Source: Octopus vulgaris (taxonomy: Eukaryota). From it: a DNA stretch of 64,000 bases. The stretch spans positions 10,788,001 to 10,852,000 of the forward strand of contig CATOCA020000001.1 in the NCBI GenBank assembly GCA_951406725.2, written 5' to 3'. This document shows, piece after piece, positions 25,400-40,377 of this stretch (positions are counted from its first letter, which is position 1; every line of letters starts with the position of its first letter). A model generated the notes under the pieces. The model saw nothing but the letters and a program-made list of their open reading frames with translations, was not told the origin of the DNA and made no database searches. The position numbers were made by a program, and so were the translations under genes.

Positions 25400-26150
25400 G
25401 CACCAACAAAAACATAACAGAAAAATGAAGAGGAGGCAAGGAATCAATCCACTTTGACCCTAAAAAAGAAGACACACCACCAGAAATAGACAGCTGATTC
25501 TTGGGGGTAGCTGTCCCCTTGGACATATAGGTCAAAACGAGCATCTTACAGATGCGGAAACTTTACTAACAAAACTATTCGGGTCAAGGCCTAAAATTGT
25601 GGGTGAAAATGGACAGCCAAAATCTGGACACAATTCCAGATATCATAAATTCACACGGTGGCACCAACCTCCACGTGGCCTTTGAAAGCTGATGGTTTCG
25701 GTATCATCTGTGTGGGAACACAAATCATCTAAAATTCTTCTATTGCCCACAACAAATTAGAGAAAGGAGCCTCTCAATTTTGCCAACATCATCAACACCA
25801 CCGCCACCACCACCACAGCAACAATAACAACAATAGCAACAGCACCAACAGAGGCAGGTGACCATCGCGGCTACAAAATCAAGAGTAACAGTAGCAGCAA
25901 CACTAATCGCAGCAGCACGGGCAGCAGCAAAAACAACAGCATCAACCCCGGTCCCCGCCACCAAAAAAGCAACAACGTTATGAATAGGACAACGCCAAAA
26001 AGCTCTACAAGATTTGCCCCTCCCCTGTTCGGAGCACTCAGACACACCTTGCGCGGATAGGGACGACGAAAGACAAAAATGGCAAGTAGTCGCCTGAACA
26101 CGCAAAAGAAAAAGAAACAGAACCCAAAACACACAGACAATACAGACATA
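25400..26150 (+). mobile_element. Decayed LINE ORF1/gag-like fragment with a degenerate zinc knuckle
   Basis: Reads LHVAFES*..R.HLCG.T.HLK...CP, followed by a Q/T/A/P-rich low-complexity segment. Confidence 0.4.
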
Positions 26151-26249
26151 GACTTGCCCAAATGCATCAATAAATTAACATTGATATTTTTTCACCGTTG
26201 TTGCAATCATCTGAAATGGAACTGTCAAAGCGCGATCTTCCAAAAAATT

Positions 26250-28560
26250 TTGTTGATAAAAGGCAAGTCATAAAAAGGGCTATTTCTAGTTACAAAAAAA
26301 GCACTTCTGGTTTTGTTCAAATACTTGGAACCAACAATGAAGCTAAATAATGTAGTTAGACTATTGCTTAATGTATAGTTGAGAAAGGTAAACCTTTTAC
26401 AGCCGGAGAATTTATCAAAAAAACTTTTTTGAGAATTGCTAAAATTTTGTTCAGTGTTTAAGCAAACGCTGAAAAAATACTGTCTCGAATTCAAGAAATA
26501 CCAACTTCTGCATGATCAGTTGAGAGACGTGTAACTGATATAGCTGAAAACATAATTATAACACAGAAAGTTAGATTACAAAAAGCTGCTGCATTCAGTG
26601 ACCCCTATCGATGAAAGTACTCAAGTGAATGACATGGCGCACCTAGCAATTGTTGCAAGATACTGGGACAATGATCGTATTTACGAAGAATCATGTTGTT
26701 TGATTCCTCTTACCAATACATCTACAGGACAGGACATTCTGACTGCATTTCTAAATTATTTCGAAAATCAAGCCATTAATACAAATAAAATATTTTGTAT
26801 TACTACTGGTGGTGCACGTGCAGTGGGTGGAAAGGAAAAAAAGATTTATTAAGCGTCTTGAAAATCACATTTCACGCAGTGTAATGTGTTTTAATTGCAT
26901 TGTACATCAGGAAAATTTAGTTGCAAAACTTTCGTCACAAAGCTTGAGTTCTGTCGTGGAAACTGTTGTTAAAATAGTTAACTTCATGGTTTCTTGCTCT
27001 TCACTGACTCGCAGACAATTTAAGTCTCTTCTGCAAGAACTGGACAGCGAATATGCAGACTTCCCACTTCACAGTAAAGTCCTGCAGCGTAGACTCGGTT
27101 AAAATTTCTCTCTCCCATTTATTATATATACGTGCATTCGAGAGTAGCACGGAACAGCTAGCCTTTTGCCGCTATTTGGATCCCGTTCTGTCCACTACTC
27201 TGATTAGTTGGTATTGGCGCAATTTGTCGCGCCAAACTGCCGCGTATAACCAGTCGGAGTCAGCCTGTTCTCTACCCCGTTTTGGCCTACTTCTCCTTAT
27301 AAACGCTCCCCCTTTTCTCCTTTCGTCTTTTGGTTCCAGACCTTTTAAGGACTAGCCTCTGACCACAAAGACACAGCCAGTTCCAGAAACTTACCAACTT
27401 TGTCCAACAGCATTCCAACAACCTCCATCTTCGTCGCTATCACCATGTCCTTAACGTCTTCAACATCATCTCTCTATGTACACAGCTCTGCAAGCGATGC
27501 ACCCAGGTTCCAACACTTCACTGTTCATGAATTACTTCATCATGGGTCAACAACAAATATACAACCAGTATGAATTCCTGTACAAGTTACCCAGGCAGCA
27601 GCATCACAGCCACGACATCACGTTCAACATATACCTGTAATTGTCTCCTACATCTATGAACCCATACGCATACATTCTGTTCTCATGACGGCATGTCTAT
27701 CGTTCAGTATACATGATGCACACACAGACACATCTGTTAACATATCAATAAATCTTCTTTTAATCATTCTACGCGGTTGTCTCCTTTATCCATCTGGCAA
27801 ATAGATGGTACTATCAATTTTCTCTTTATTGTAAGGGCTGTGTGATGTGGTACTAAAGAGCCATTCTTGTCAACTCGCATCGCACGGTCCTTACAGTCCG
27901 TTGGCTTTGTCGGGGTAATGTTTTGAACAGATTTGTATCATGCTTAGAAGAATATTTCTTGAAAGGAAACAGTTGCCAGAATTGAACAACGAAGACGGTT
28001 TATTTAAACTGATGCTTCTAACTGACAGTCACTTGAATGATTAAAATTTGCATTTACAAGAGAGAGGTCAAACAGTACTTGATGTTTTTGAATATTGGAA
28101 AGGATTTTGTTAAAATCAGATTTTTTTTGCGTGATAAACTTAGCAATACATAAAAATACTTTCCAAATGTAAAAGCTTATTCAAATCGATTTAATATTTA
28201 ATAAAAACGAACTTCAAAAATATATTGCAACGTTGAAAGAAGAATTTTCCAAGTGAGATAAATATTTCGAAACAGATGTTCCTATATTTTCATTTCTCAT
28301 CAAACCCGACTTTGAGGGATTTGAAAACGAACTCATTTAATCTCTCACATTTTGGCTAAAAAACAAATATACAGGATAGTTTTGAAGTGGAAATGATTGA
28401 ATTAACCACTTCAGAATTATGGGGAAAAAATTTATGGAATTACTAAAATCTCTTGAAAGAAGCAGCTTAGAGAAGTCAGTTGCCATCTTCAATCGCTGGG
28501 AGACGTTGCCTGAAAGATTCAATTCTTTGAAGAAAATCGCCTCAGCTCTGCTTTCAGTCC
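26250..28560 (+). pseudogene. hAT-superfamily transposase pseudogene (GTF2IRD2/SPIN/Buster-like)
   Basis: Motifs KPF...F.K, DEST...D.AHLAI..RY, TT(D)GA.A..GK.K, (H)CIVHQENL.AK, VRWL.RG.VL.RF and W..LP..F..LKK.A.ALLS, with many stops and frameshifts. Confidence 0.9.
27083..27895. mobile_element. Solo LTR (TG...CA) inserted in the hAT transposase with a 4-bp TSD GTCC
   Basis: GTCC at 27079-27082 and 27896-27899. Removing the insert restores AAA GTC CGT TGG CTT (KVRWL). Internal TATAAA and AATAAA on the plus strand. Confidence 0.85.
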
Positions 28561-30017
28561 AACATATACAGGATTACCCAAAAACAACAGAACCCATAAA
28601 ATTTCGGTTTCCGTCTACCAAATCCACTCAAAAAGATTTGGTCATTCCGAGACTATAGTAGAAAACAATTTCCCAAAATGCCATGCAGTGGAAACTGAAA
28701 AAGGATCTACGTGCTTGCGAAGTAAGTTTCTTACCACACAGCCACGCCTATGCATGTGTGTTTATGCATAAGTCTATATATAGGATGAACAGGACAAACA
28801 AATATTTAAATAATAGTTCTGACGTGCGTGTAACAACGTTATGGTTGCTTGGAACCAAATGCTCACCGACAAACGACCGCCAGGAACAACGTTATTCTAT
28901 TACGTTGCATAGTTATAGAAAGATAGAGAGAGAGGGAAAAATAAATCATATATACATGTGTGTGTGTAGATACAAATGTTAAATCTTAAAAGAAAAGTAA
29001 CAAAAATTTAAAGTCATTTGACTGCGACGTTGCTGCAGTGCCACCTCAAAAGACTTAAAGCCGAAGAGCCGAAGAAATTTACCTCTGGGCTTATTTTTTG
29101 TAAGCCTGGTACATATTTTATTGATCGCTTTTGCCGAACAGCTATGTTACGGCGGGGGTAAAAGACCTGATGTCAAACTATGAACGGGTAACAGACAGTC
29201 ACACAGACACACACACACAGGCAAACACACACACACACACACACTCACACATACACACACACAAACACACTCACACACACACACACACAAATACGACACA
29301 CACACTCACACAAACATATGTATATATTTATAAAACGGACTTCCTTCGTGTCCGTCTACAATACCCAGTCGCAAGTCTTTGCTCAGCCCGTGGCTATAGT
29401 AGAAGACACTTTCCCAGGTTCCCATGCAGCGAAATTAAACCTGGATCTATGTGCTTGCGGAGCAAGTTTCTTACCACACAGCCACCCCTATGCATGTGTG
29501 TTTATGTATAAGTCTATATATAGTGAGAAAAGGACAAACAAATGTTTAAATAATAGTTCTTACGTGCGTGTAACAACGTTATTGTCGCTTGGAACCAAAT
29601 GCTCACCGACAAACGACCGCCAGGAACAACGTTATTCTATTACGTTGCATAGTTATAGAAAGATAGAGAGAGAGGGAAAAATAAATCATATATACGTGTG
29701 TGTGTATATATAAATGTTAAATCTTAAAAGAAAAGTAACAAAAATTGTTTGTCTCTTTGCGTTCTGAGTTCTGAATCCAATTAGTCGACTGTCCACCTCC
29801 CCCACAAAACACAACCACTGGCATTCTACCTAAGCCAGAAACCACTTTATAGGAGGCAATCTAGGATTTCAGGACAAAGAATTGCTACGCGGGGTCATAT
29901 GTAATCATGTATGGATATATAAAGATGCATGAGGATATATATACATAAACAAACGCGCACAAATATATGTGTGTGTATGAGTGTGTGTGCATGTGAGTGT
30001 GTGTATGTACGTACGTT

Positions 30018-30059
<42 letters not shown>

Positions 30060-30491
30060 GAATGTATATGTGAGCGTGTATCTACATGTATGTGAATACA
30101 TGCACAAGGGTACGAGGCGAAACATTCAAACACACACATATATATAAATATATATAGGTATATAAATACATATATATATATTCATACGCGTTTAGACATA
30201 TACACACGCATATATAAATGTGTATTCTTTTTCTTTAATTCTGTTACTTGTTGAAGTCATTTGCTACGCCCATGATGGAGCACCATATCAAAAGCCTTTA
30301 AGCCTAATAAATTGACATCAGGGCTTATTCTTTGTAAGCCAAGTACTTATTTTATTGGCCTCTTTTGCCGAACCGCAATGTTAAGGAGGGGGCGTGAAAA
30401 CCTGCTGTCAAGATATGAAAGGGTAACAAACATAGTCGCGAAGACAGAAACACACATACACAAACAAACAGACTCACACACACTTATGCAT

Positions 30492-30558
<67 letters not shown>

Positions 30559-32769
30559 GAACTTCTTTCGGTTTCCGTCTACCAAATCCACTCGTACGGT
30601 TTTGGTCAGCCCGAATCTATAATAGAAGACACTTTCCCAAATTGCCATGCAGTGAAACTGAACCTGGATCTATCTGCTCGCGAACCATCTATCTTACCAC
30701 ATAGCCACGCCTATGCATGTGTGTTGATGTATAAGTCTATATACAGGATGAACGGGACAAACAAATATTTAAATAATAATTCTTACGTGCGTGTAACAAC
30801 GTTATGGTTGCTTGGAACCAAATGCTCACCGACAAATGATTGTCAGGAACAAAGTTATTCTATTAAGTTGCATAGTTATAGAATGATCGAGAGAGAGGGA
30901 AAAATAAATCATATATACATGTGTGTGTATATATAAATGTTAAATCTTAAAAGAAAAGTAACAAAAATTTATTTACCTTTATAAAGCCGACTCCAAATAT
31001 TACTTCAGTTTCAAATTTTTTTACAGAAATTAAAAGTCTTATCCACTTATCTGAATATTCTATTGCCTCATATAAATTTTTAGTCTCCCGTTCCGGCTGC
31101 TATCCGATAATCATACTGAATGAAATACGCTGTTGTAATAATTCTCAATTTTTTTTAAACGAGAGTGGCAGTAGTTTCCCCTTGAGGTACGTGATTGGCT
31201 GAAATTCTTTAATATCCGGAAAATAAATCCATTTTCCAGCTAGTCACCATCCCTACACGTCAAGTGTTGAAATGGTCGCTGTGTAACATGAGATGAAGTA
31301 TCTTGTGCGCACTACACATCTCGGTCCTGTATTTGAAATCACGACCTTGTTCCCTAATCACGATTTCATGTGTACTCGACTTCTTTTATATTACCAAAAC
31401 TTTATTTTTCATATGTCCTGGCAACACCCAGAGAATTTTCTTATCTACTTGAAGGTTTTTGTAAAACAAACGCCATTGTTTTTATCGATTATTGGGATGG
31501 CGATATCTGCTCAAAAACACGACCTCATATCTCTAATTACTAAAATGCAAACTCGACGAATCCACCTCCTTTCACAGAATATATTTCAGTTGGTTGTAAA
31601 GTATGCTTGTTGTTCACTGATGACAAGACTATGATCAGAGGCGTTTCGAACATGATTATCCCATCGAGTTACTTATTTTGCAATGTGCGTTGTGCTCTAT
31701 CCTTGGTTAAGACGGTAGGGCGTGAGACAATGGAATATCATTTTCCCAAATGCTTACGATAGGGCTGATAGGGCAAATGTACAAGTAATGGACATTCATT
31801 AGTCCTGAAACCTACATCTACAATAATTATTCTAATGCATCACATGATGTGGATGTTAATTTTCATAGATCTTTCCGATGTATAAGTTCGAACTTACTAT
31901 CAAGATGAACCATCCATTTATTAAATGACATCTAGGACTTCCTTAGGGTCCGTCTACAATACTCACTCACCGGTCATTGCTCGGCCCGAGGCTATAGTAG
32001 AAGACACTTTCCCATGTTGCCATGCAGCGAAACTAAACCTGGATCTAAGTGCTTGCGGAGCAAGTTTCTTACCACATAGCCACGCCTATGCATGTGTGTT
32101 TATGTATAAGTCTATATATAGGATGAACAGGACAAACAAATGTTTAACTAAGAGTTTTTACATGCGTGTAACAACGTTATGGTTGCTTGGAACCAAATGG
32201 TCACCGAAAAACGACCGCCAGGAACAACGTTATTCTATTAAGTTGCATAGTTATAGAAAGACAGAGGGAGAGAGAGGGTAAAATTAATTATATATATATG
32301 TGTGTGTATATATAAATGTTAAATCGTAAAAGAAAAGTAACAAAAATTGATTATCTATTCGCGTTCTGAGTTCCTTTCCTGTCGAACTCCCCTTTGCCTT
32401 TCATTTCTCAGAGGTGCTGAAGTCCAATTAGTCGACTGTCCAATTCCCCCACAAAACACAACCACTGGCAATCTACCTAACCCAGAAACCACTTTATAGG
32501 CGGCAATCTAGGATTTCAGGACAAAGATATGCTACACGGTGTCATATGTAATCATGTATGGTATATAAAGATGCATGAGGATATTTATACATACACAAAC
32601 ACGCACAACTATATGTGTGTGTATGAGTGTGTGTGTGGACATTAGTGTGTGTATGTACGTACGTTTGTATGTGTGTATATATATATATGTATATATGTAT
32701 ATATGTATGTATATGCGGGCGTGTGTCTACATGCGTGTGTGAATACATGCACATATGTACGAAGCGAAA

Positions 32770-32817
<48 letters not shown>

Positions 32818-33131
32818 GCTATATAAATACATAAATATATATTCATACGCGTTTAAATATATACACACACATATATAAATGTGTATTCTTTTTCTTTAAA
32901 TCTTTTACTTGTTGAAGTCATTTGCCTGCGCCCATGCTGGAGCACCATATCAAAAGCCTTGAAGCCCAAAAAATTGACATCAGGGCTTATTCTTTATAAG
33001 ACAAATACTTATTTTATTGGCCGATTTTGCCAGAACGCAATGTTAAGGAGGGGGGCCTAAAAAACCTGCTTTCAAGATAAGAATGGGTAATACACATACA
33101 CAAACAAACTCACACACACACCCATATACAT

Positions 33132-33338
<207 letters not shown>

Positions 33339-34310
33339 AAGAACTTCTTTTCGGTTTCCGTCTACCAAATCCACTCGTAAGGCTTTGGTCGGCCCGAGGC
33401 TATAGTAGAAGACACTTTCCCAAATTGCCATGCAGTGAAACTGAACCTGGAACTATCTGCTTGCAAAACATGATTCTTACCACGCAGCCACGCCTATGCA
33501 TGTGTGTTTATGTATAAGTCTTTATACAGGATGAACAGGACAAACAAATATTTAAATAATAATTCTGACGTGCATGTAACAATGTTATGGTTGCTTGGAA
33601 CCGACAAATGATTGTCAGGAACAACATTATTCTATTAAGTTGCATAGTTATAGAAAGATAGAGAGAGAGGGAAAAATAAATCATATATATGTGTGTGTGT
33701 ATATAAATGATAACTCTTAAAAGAAATGTAATAAAAATTGGTTTACCTTTATAACGCCGACTCCAAATATTACTTCAGTTTCAAATTTTTTTACAGAAAT
33801 TAAAAGTCTTATCCACTTATCTGAATATTCTATTGCCTCATATCAATTTTTAGTCTCCCGTTCCGGCTGCTATCCGATAATCATACTGAATGAAATACGC
33901 TGTTGTAATAATTCTCAATTTTTTTTAAACGAGAGTGGCAGTATTTTCACCTTGAGGTACGTGATTGGCTGAAATTCTTTAATATCCGGAAAATAAATCC
34001 ATCCCTACACGTCAAGTGTTGAAATGGTCGCTGTGTAACATGAGATGAAGTATCTTGTGCGCAAAACACCTCTCGGTCCTGTATTTGAAATCACGACCTT
34101 GTTCCCTAATCACGATTTCATGTGTACTCGACTTCTTTTAAATTACAAAATTTATTTTTCATATGTCCTGGCAACACCCAGAGAATATTCTTATCTACTT
34201 GAAGGTTTTTTGTAAAACAAACGCCATTATTATTATTATTGTTGTTGTTGTTGTTATTATTATTATTATTATTACTATTGTTATTATTATTATAATGATT
34301 ATTATTATTG

Positions 34311-34405
<95 letters not shown>

Positions 34406-34418
34406 AATATTATTGTTA

Positions 34419-34473
<55 letters not shown>

Positions 34474-34611
34474 TAGTTTAAATTCTTTCGTCTCATATAC
34501 TATCACGTCAGCGACTCTCTGCTACGCCTATTTCTTCTTATCCCGCTTATTTCATATTAAAAATAATGTATACTTATCTACTGTTTGTCAAGTGGATTGT
34601 TTATCAAATAA

Positions 34612-34662
34612 TTTATACTCGGAACAATTGTACATATTTCCCTGGTTAAAACGGAATTTCCC
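34612..34662 (-). promoter_or_regulatory. Candidate kappaB (GGGAAATTCC) + TATAAA promoter module, copy 1
   Basis: Minus-strand GGGAAATTCC at 34662-34653 and TATAAA at 34617-34612, oriented toward the LRR gene. Confidence 0.35.
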
Positions 34663-34731
34663 ACTTGGTGCAGCTCCGTAATTTAGTAATTGTTTGAATG
34701 AATACACGCACAAACACAACACACACACATA

Positions 34732-34797
<66 letters not shown>

Positions 34798-34887
34798 TAT
34801 GTATATATGTATGTATTAATAAGTATATTAGAAATATATTTACAGAATTAAAATATAAAATACACGTAGAAAGGTAATGATAACATA

Positions 34888-34994
<107 letters not shown>

Positions 34995-35198
34995 CTTTCA
35001 GTGCGGGGCAACCAGATCGGACCATCACAAGTTTAACTGCCCGAGATGGTTGTGACTTCTGGGACTTGACTGAGGAAAGAAAGCCCCGAATGAGCCGTCT
35101 TTTTTTGCCTGTCCTTCTAATCGGTGTTTCTCCTGTCCGCCTTTCTATCGTCTATCAGTCCGAATCTTTTATCGTCTTCTATTGCGTTTTTTACCATT

Positions 35199-35231
<33 letters not shown>

Positions 35232-37446
35232 CTATCTGTCAATCTATTTATAGATGTTTCTATTTGTTTATCTGTCTAATTATTCTTCGATTTATCTCTC
35301 TCTTTCTCTATTTCTTTCTTTTTTCTTTCTCTCTCTCTCTGTGTTCCACACTTTCTTTTTCTCACTCTTTTTCTCTCCTTCTCTCTTTCTCTCATTCTCT
35401 CTCTCTCTCTTCGTGTTGTTAATGTTAGTGTGCTGGTGCTGTTTGTAGGACCTTTAATTATTAATTAATGATGCTTTACCTTATGGCATTTTTCTACGCA
35501 TACTTGCCACTTGATATTATTATAAGCAATAATATACATATATATATATATATTCACTTATACACAGGTGTGTATGATTGTGTATGGAAGAATACATTAC
35601 TGAAAGAAATTCCAACTTTGATTTTCATGATTTATTTACAATCTTATAATAATATATGATAAGATAAGATAACATAATGAAGTGATAGAATATTAAATAT
35701 CCACTCTGATTGAACGAGTACTTTCATGCATTCTTCAAGTTGTTTAAAAGTAGTTATTGTCTGCATCATTCGAAAGAGAAGTAAATTCTGCATAATGTGT
35801 AAAATATAGGTATGGTGTTAGTAAGAAAATATATTTTAGATATAGGACTATTATCATCGGTCTTAAATTTAATTTCGCCAGTGTAGATATGTACGTGTAT
35901 AAATATTTATTTTAAATCTTAACAGGAAAATAGCAAAGATTGATTTTCCTCGATAATGCCGGTTCCAAATATGACTTTAATTTTAATTTTTTACAGAAAT
36001 TAAATAGGGTTTATCCACTTATCTGAATATTCTATTACCTCATGAAAGTTTATTGTCTCATTTTGCGGCTTGTATCGGATAAGAATACTGACCGAAGTAC
36101 ACATTTGTTATAACCCGTTATGTGTGTGTTTTATTTTTTAACAGCGGTGTCAGTATTTTCTGTCGATGTATGCGATTCGATGTATTTTAATATCCGGAAA
36201 ATAAATCAATTTTCCAGCAATTCACCATTCCTGCACGACGCAAAGTAATATGAGATGAGGTGTCTTGCTTAAGAACGCAATACAACTCCCGCTCCGGGAA
36301 TTGAAACAGCGATCTCGTTATCGCGAATGCAGCACCATTAACAGCGTGGTCATACGCCTTGGATACCAATTATATTATTAAACATGGCACATGACATATG
36401 TAGGCGTGATAGCATCCCAGAAATCCTTCTTATCTACTAGGCGTTTTCCTGAAGCAACACCCACTGAATTTTCATGGAACCCCAAAAAGATCTGAGCGTT
36501 ACCCCTAAGAGATGTCTCTTGTCAGCTAACGATATGGCGTTGTATCATGTAATGATAGAAAGACTGACGCAGAAAATTGCGGAGTTTGATGTGGTGATAC
36601 AAAGTCTGAGAACGAGGCCAATATTAGGTACATATCTTTGTTTGTTTGTTATTTGTGTTTTACTTAGGGTGTTGTGGTCGACGTTGTTGTTTGCACTGTT
36701 CGTAATTTTGCACAAGGGCATTCCAACTATAACCAAATTAATTTTTGTTTATTCCAACATTAGCAACCATGTCTTCTAGATCCACCAAAAAGGCTTTGGT
36801 CGCACCGAGGCTATAGTAGAACACATTTTCCCAAGGTGCCACGCAGTTGGACTGAACCCCGAACCATGTGATTGGTAAGCACGCTACTTACTAAACAGCC
36901 ACTCCAGCACCTATACTTATATTATAAATTATAAAATAAATGTCCTTGAATAACGCTAAATGTTTTGCTTGATCATTATCTGTTATAATTTATGTCCCTC
37001 CGCTCAATGATCAACCACTTCATATCACCTTTGATACACAATTTCTGCACCACATTTTTCTGTTCAAGCCGGTGTTTTAGTGGTAAACCAAACTGAACAG
37101 CCACACTACATACGACCTTTTAAATGATTTTCTTTTGTATGAAAGTTAAGGTATAATATATACTTTTATGTGGCTTTGGGGAGTGGCATGAAACGGATTT
37201 CTTCTATTTGTATGTGCTTCAATTACTTGTGTAACGAACAATTGCTTCAACGAACATGGCTCGGAAAGGATTGTGTGTATATATAAAGATGCCACTGGTT
37301 TGAGAAGTTTTGAGTCGAACTAATTCTGTACTTAATTTTTTAAGCCTGTTACTTATTTTATCGGAGTATTTCGGTGAAACTCTAAGTTACCGGAACGTAA
37401 ACACACCAACACAGTTCATATATACATATACCCAGGCAGACATACT

Positions 37447-37815
37447 TGTAGGAGAGGCTGTATGGTAAGAAACACATGGTTCCGGATTCGGTCCCACGGC
37501 GTGACACCTTGGCTGAGTGTCTTCTGCTATAGCCTAGGGCCGACCAAATCCTTGTGAGTGGATTTCATAGATGGAAACACAAATGAGCCCGTCGTATGTG
37601 TGTGTGTGTGTATTTGTGTGTCTATATTTGTCCCTCCACCATCCCCTGACAACCGATGTTGGTGTCCTTACGTCCCTTTAACCTAGCGGTTCTGGAAGAG
37701 AAACTGATACAATAAGTACAAGGCTTACAATGATTAAGTCCTAGGGTCGATTTGTTCGACTAAAGGCGGAGTTCCAACATGGCTGCAGTCAAATGAGTGA
37801 AACAAGTAAAAGAAT
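37447..37815 (+). mobile_element. SINE family B, near full length
   Basis: tRNA-like head GGCTGTATGGTAAG...GGTTCCGGATTCGGTCCC, internal (TG)n, 3' AAATGAGTGAAACAAGTAAAAG. Confidence 0.75.
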
Positions 37816-38878
37816 AGTCACGATGGGCATCTTTCAGTTTCCATCTACCAAATCAACTCCAGAAGATTTTGTGAGTCCAATGGCTACAGTAGAAGACATG
37901 TGCGTAGTGTGCCACGCAGTGGAAATGAACCCGAAACCAGATTTGGAAGCAAGCATCTAACCACACAGCCGCGCCTAAACATGCCCCCCTACACAGATTC
38001 AATCCAAGGAAACACGCAGAAAGATGAGACACTCTCCAAGCCGTTCACTTTATAATTTGTTAAAACCATTTACATGGTGTCCATTAGTGAGTAATGCTGT
38101 GTTTTGTTTTATTTCTCCTACACATTGATTTCAAATTTTGGCACAACACCAGCAATTTCGGGAGAGGGAGTAAGTTGATTGCATCGACACCAGTACATAA
38201 CTGATATTGATTTCATCGACCCCGAAAGGATAAAAGGCAAAGACAACCTCGGCGGAATATTTCTACTTAATATTTAATATTATTACGGTCATACATTTTA
38301 GAAATTTGGCGTTAAAACAGAAATTCTTCTATTTGGAGATGGTCGTCTCTTGCCAATGAAGCACGCGCAATATATATTTGATCTTCACTTTATTATTATT
38401 GTTGTTGTCGTTGTTGTTGTTGTTATTATTGGTACGCCGGACGAAACGCTTAGAAGTATTTCGTTTCCCCGAAGGCGGCGAGCTGGCAGAAACGTTAGCA
38501 AGTCGGGCGAAACGCTTAGAAGTATTTCGTCCGCGGTTACGTTCTGAGTTCAAACTCCGCCGAGGTCGACATTGTCTTTCCTCATTTCGCAGTCGATTAA
38601 ATAAGTACCAGTTACACACTGGTGTCGATATAATCGACTAAATCCGTTTGTCTGTCCATGTTTGTCCTCTCTCTGTTTAGCACCTTGTGGGCAGTAAAGA
38701 AATAGGTATTTCGTTTGTCTTTACGTTCTGAGTTCAAATTCCGCCGAGGTTGACTTTGCCTTTCATCCTTTCGGGGACGATAAATTAAGTACCAGTTACA
38801 CACTGGGATCGATGTAATGGACTTGTCCTTCTGCTTCCAGTAGACTGGATTATTATTATTATTATTATTATTATTATT

Positions 38879-39431
38879 GAGTGAGCGACCAGAGCATGCC
38901 ATCAAAGTGACACTGGGGTAAAATATACGAAGCCCAGTATACCCATCATGACTACCCGTCTGATAAGGGTACACCAGGCATATGCTTCACAACCATATGT
39001 GCGCGACATTGTGATCTCATATCAAGATAAACAGCACATGACCTTGCAGGTGGAGCCCAGTTAGAATTTTCTTCAGATCGAGTAACCCATTCCGCTCAAA
39101 AGGTCCCTGAATAAGGGTTGTTTAAGGACGTTGAACGAAACACCCATGTTTCCAGAGGTGAATTATTCAAACCCCAAAGAATCCTTCTCAACACATGGCT
39201 ATGATGCTCCCCTACTACTTCTGCTCGTGATCAGAGATGCACATATCGTCAGCCACTAAGGGACATGCTCAACTGGTTAAGGTCAAACAACTGACAAGCA
39301 AATCTGTGGTATTGAGCAGAATATTTGCTGTAGCCCATCTTTTATACCAAGACAAAACAATGTACATGATAACACTTCCAATCAGTTAAGATCAGAAGCC
39401 ATGAGAGCCACTGCCTGGTACTGCATCCGGG

Positions 39432-39433
<2 letters not shown>
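38879..39433. mobile_element. ~555-bp element inserted in an (ATT)n microsatellite
   Basis: Flanked by (ATT)n on both sides. The paralogous sites at ~47430 and ~56760 contain only (ATT)n at this position. Confidence 0.7.
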
Positions 39434-39488
<55 letters not shown>

Positions 39489-39689
39489 CATCATTATTAT
39501 TATTATTACTATTATTATCATTATTATTGACCCCGAGGTCAACTTCGCATTTCATCATTTCGATGTCTATAAATTAAATACCAGTTCTGTACTAGGGGTA
39601 TGTAATCGACTAACTCACCCCCAAAAATATTTCAGGCCTTGTGTCTATAGTAGGAACGACTGTTATTATTGTTATTATTATTTTTGTGA

Positions 39690-39792
<103 letters not shown>

Positions 39793-39945
39793 CATTAGTT
39801 TATTTGAATTCTTTCGTCTCACATAATATGATCTCCTGGGCGTCTCTCTGCTCCACCTGTTTCTTCTTATTCCGCTTATTCTCGATTAAAATATATTAAA
39901 TGTCTACTTATCTACTGTTTGTCAACTGGATTGTTTATCAAATAA

Positions 39946-39996
39946 TTTATACTCGGAACAATTGTACATATTTCCCTGGTTAAAACGGAATTTCCC
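39946..39996 (-). promoter_or_regulatory. Candidate kappaB + TATAAA module, copy 2
   Basis: Same motifs and spacing, with an Inr-like CCAGTT ~23-28 nt after the TATA start. Confidence 0.35.
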
Positions 39997-40287
39997 ACTT
40001 GGTGCAGCTACGTAATTTAGTAAGTGTTTGCAAGTGCTAAGAAACTTGGGAAGCGGATTTTGAACGACGCAAATGTCTCGTATTGACAAATGCGAGTTGA
40101 TTATTGCATTCAGAATTCGGACAAGGAGTAGACGGAATGGGTAGCGAAGGTCGGTGGAGGGTGTTGAAACCCTTTTGGTGAGAGGAGGAATACAGACGAA
40201 TGAATACACGCAGATACAGAACACACACACACACACACACTCACACACTCACACACACACACATTCACACACACACACACAGACACA

Positions 40288-40377
<90 letters not shown>

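Noticed and set aside
36474-36779. 101-aa ORF with a hydrophobic C-terminus, partly repeated at 41301, 49325 and 58743
   Set aside because: The upstream start codon is lost or frameshifted in paralogous copies, and no recognisable domain is present. Coding status is unsupported.
37447-37520. tRNA gene
   Set aside because: tRNA-like SINE head that continues into the SINE body; no complete cloverleaf.
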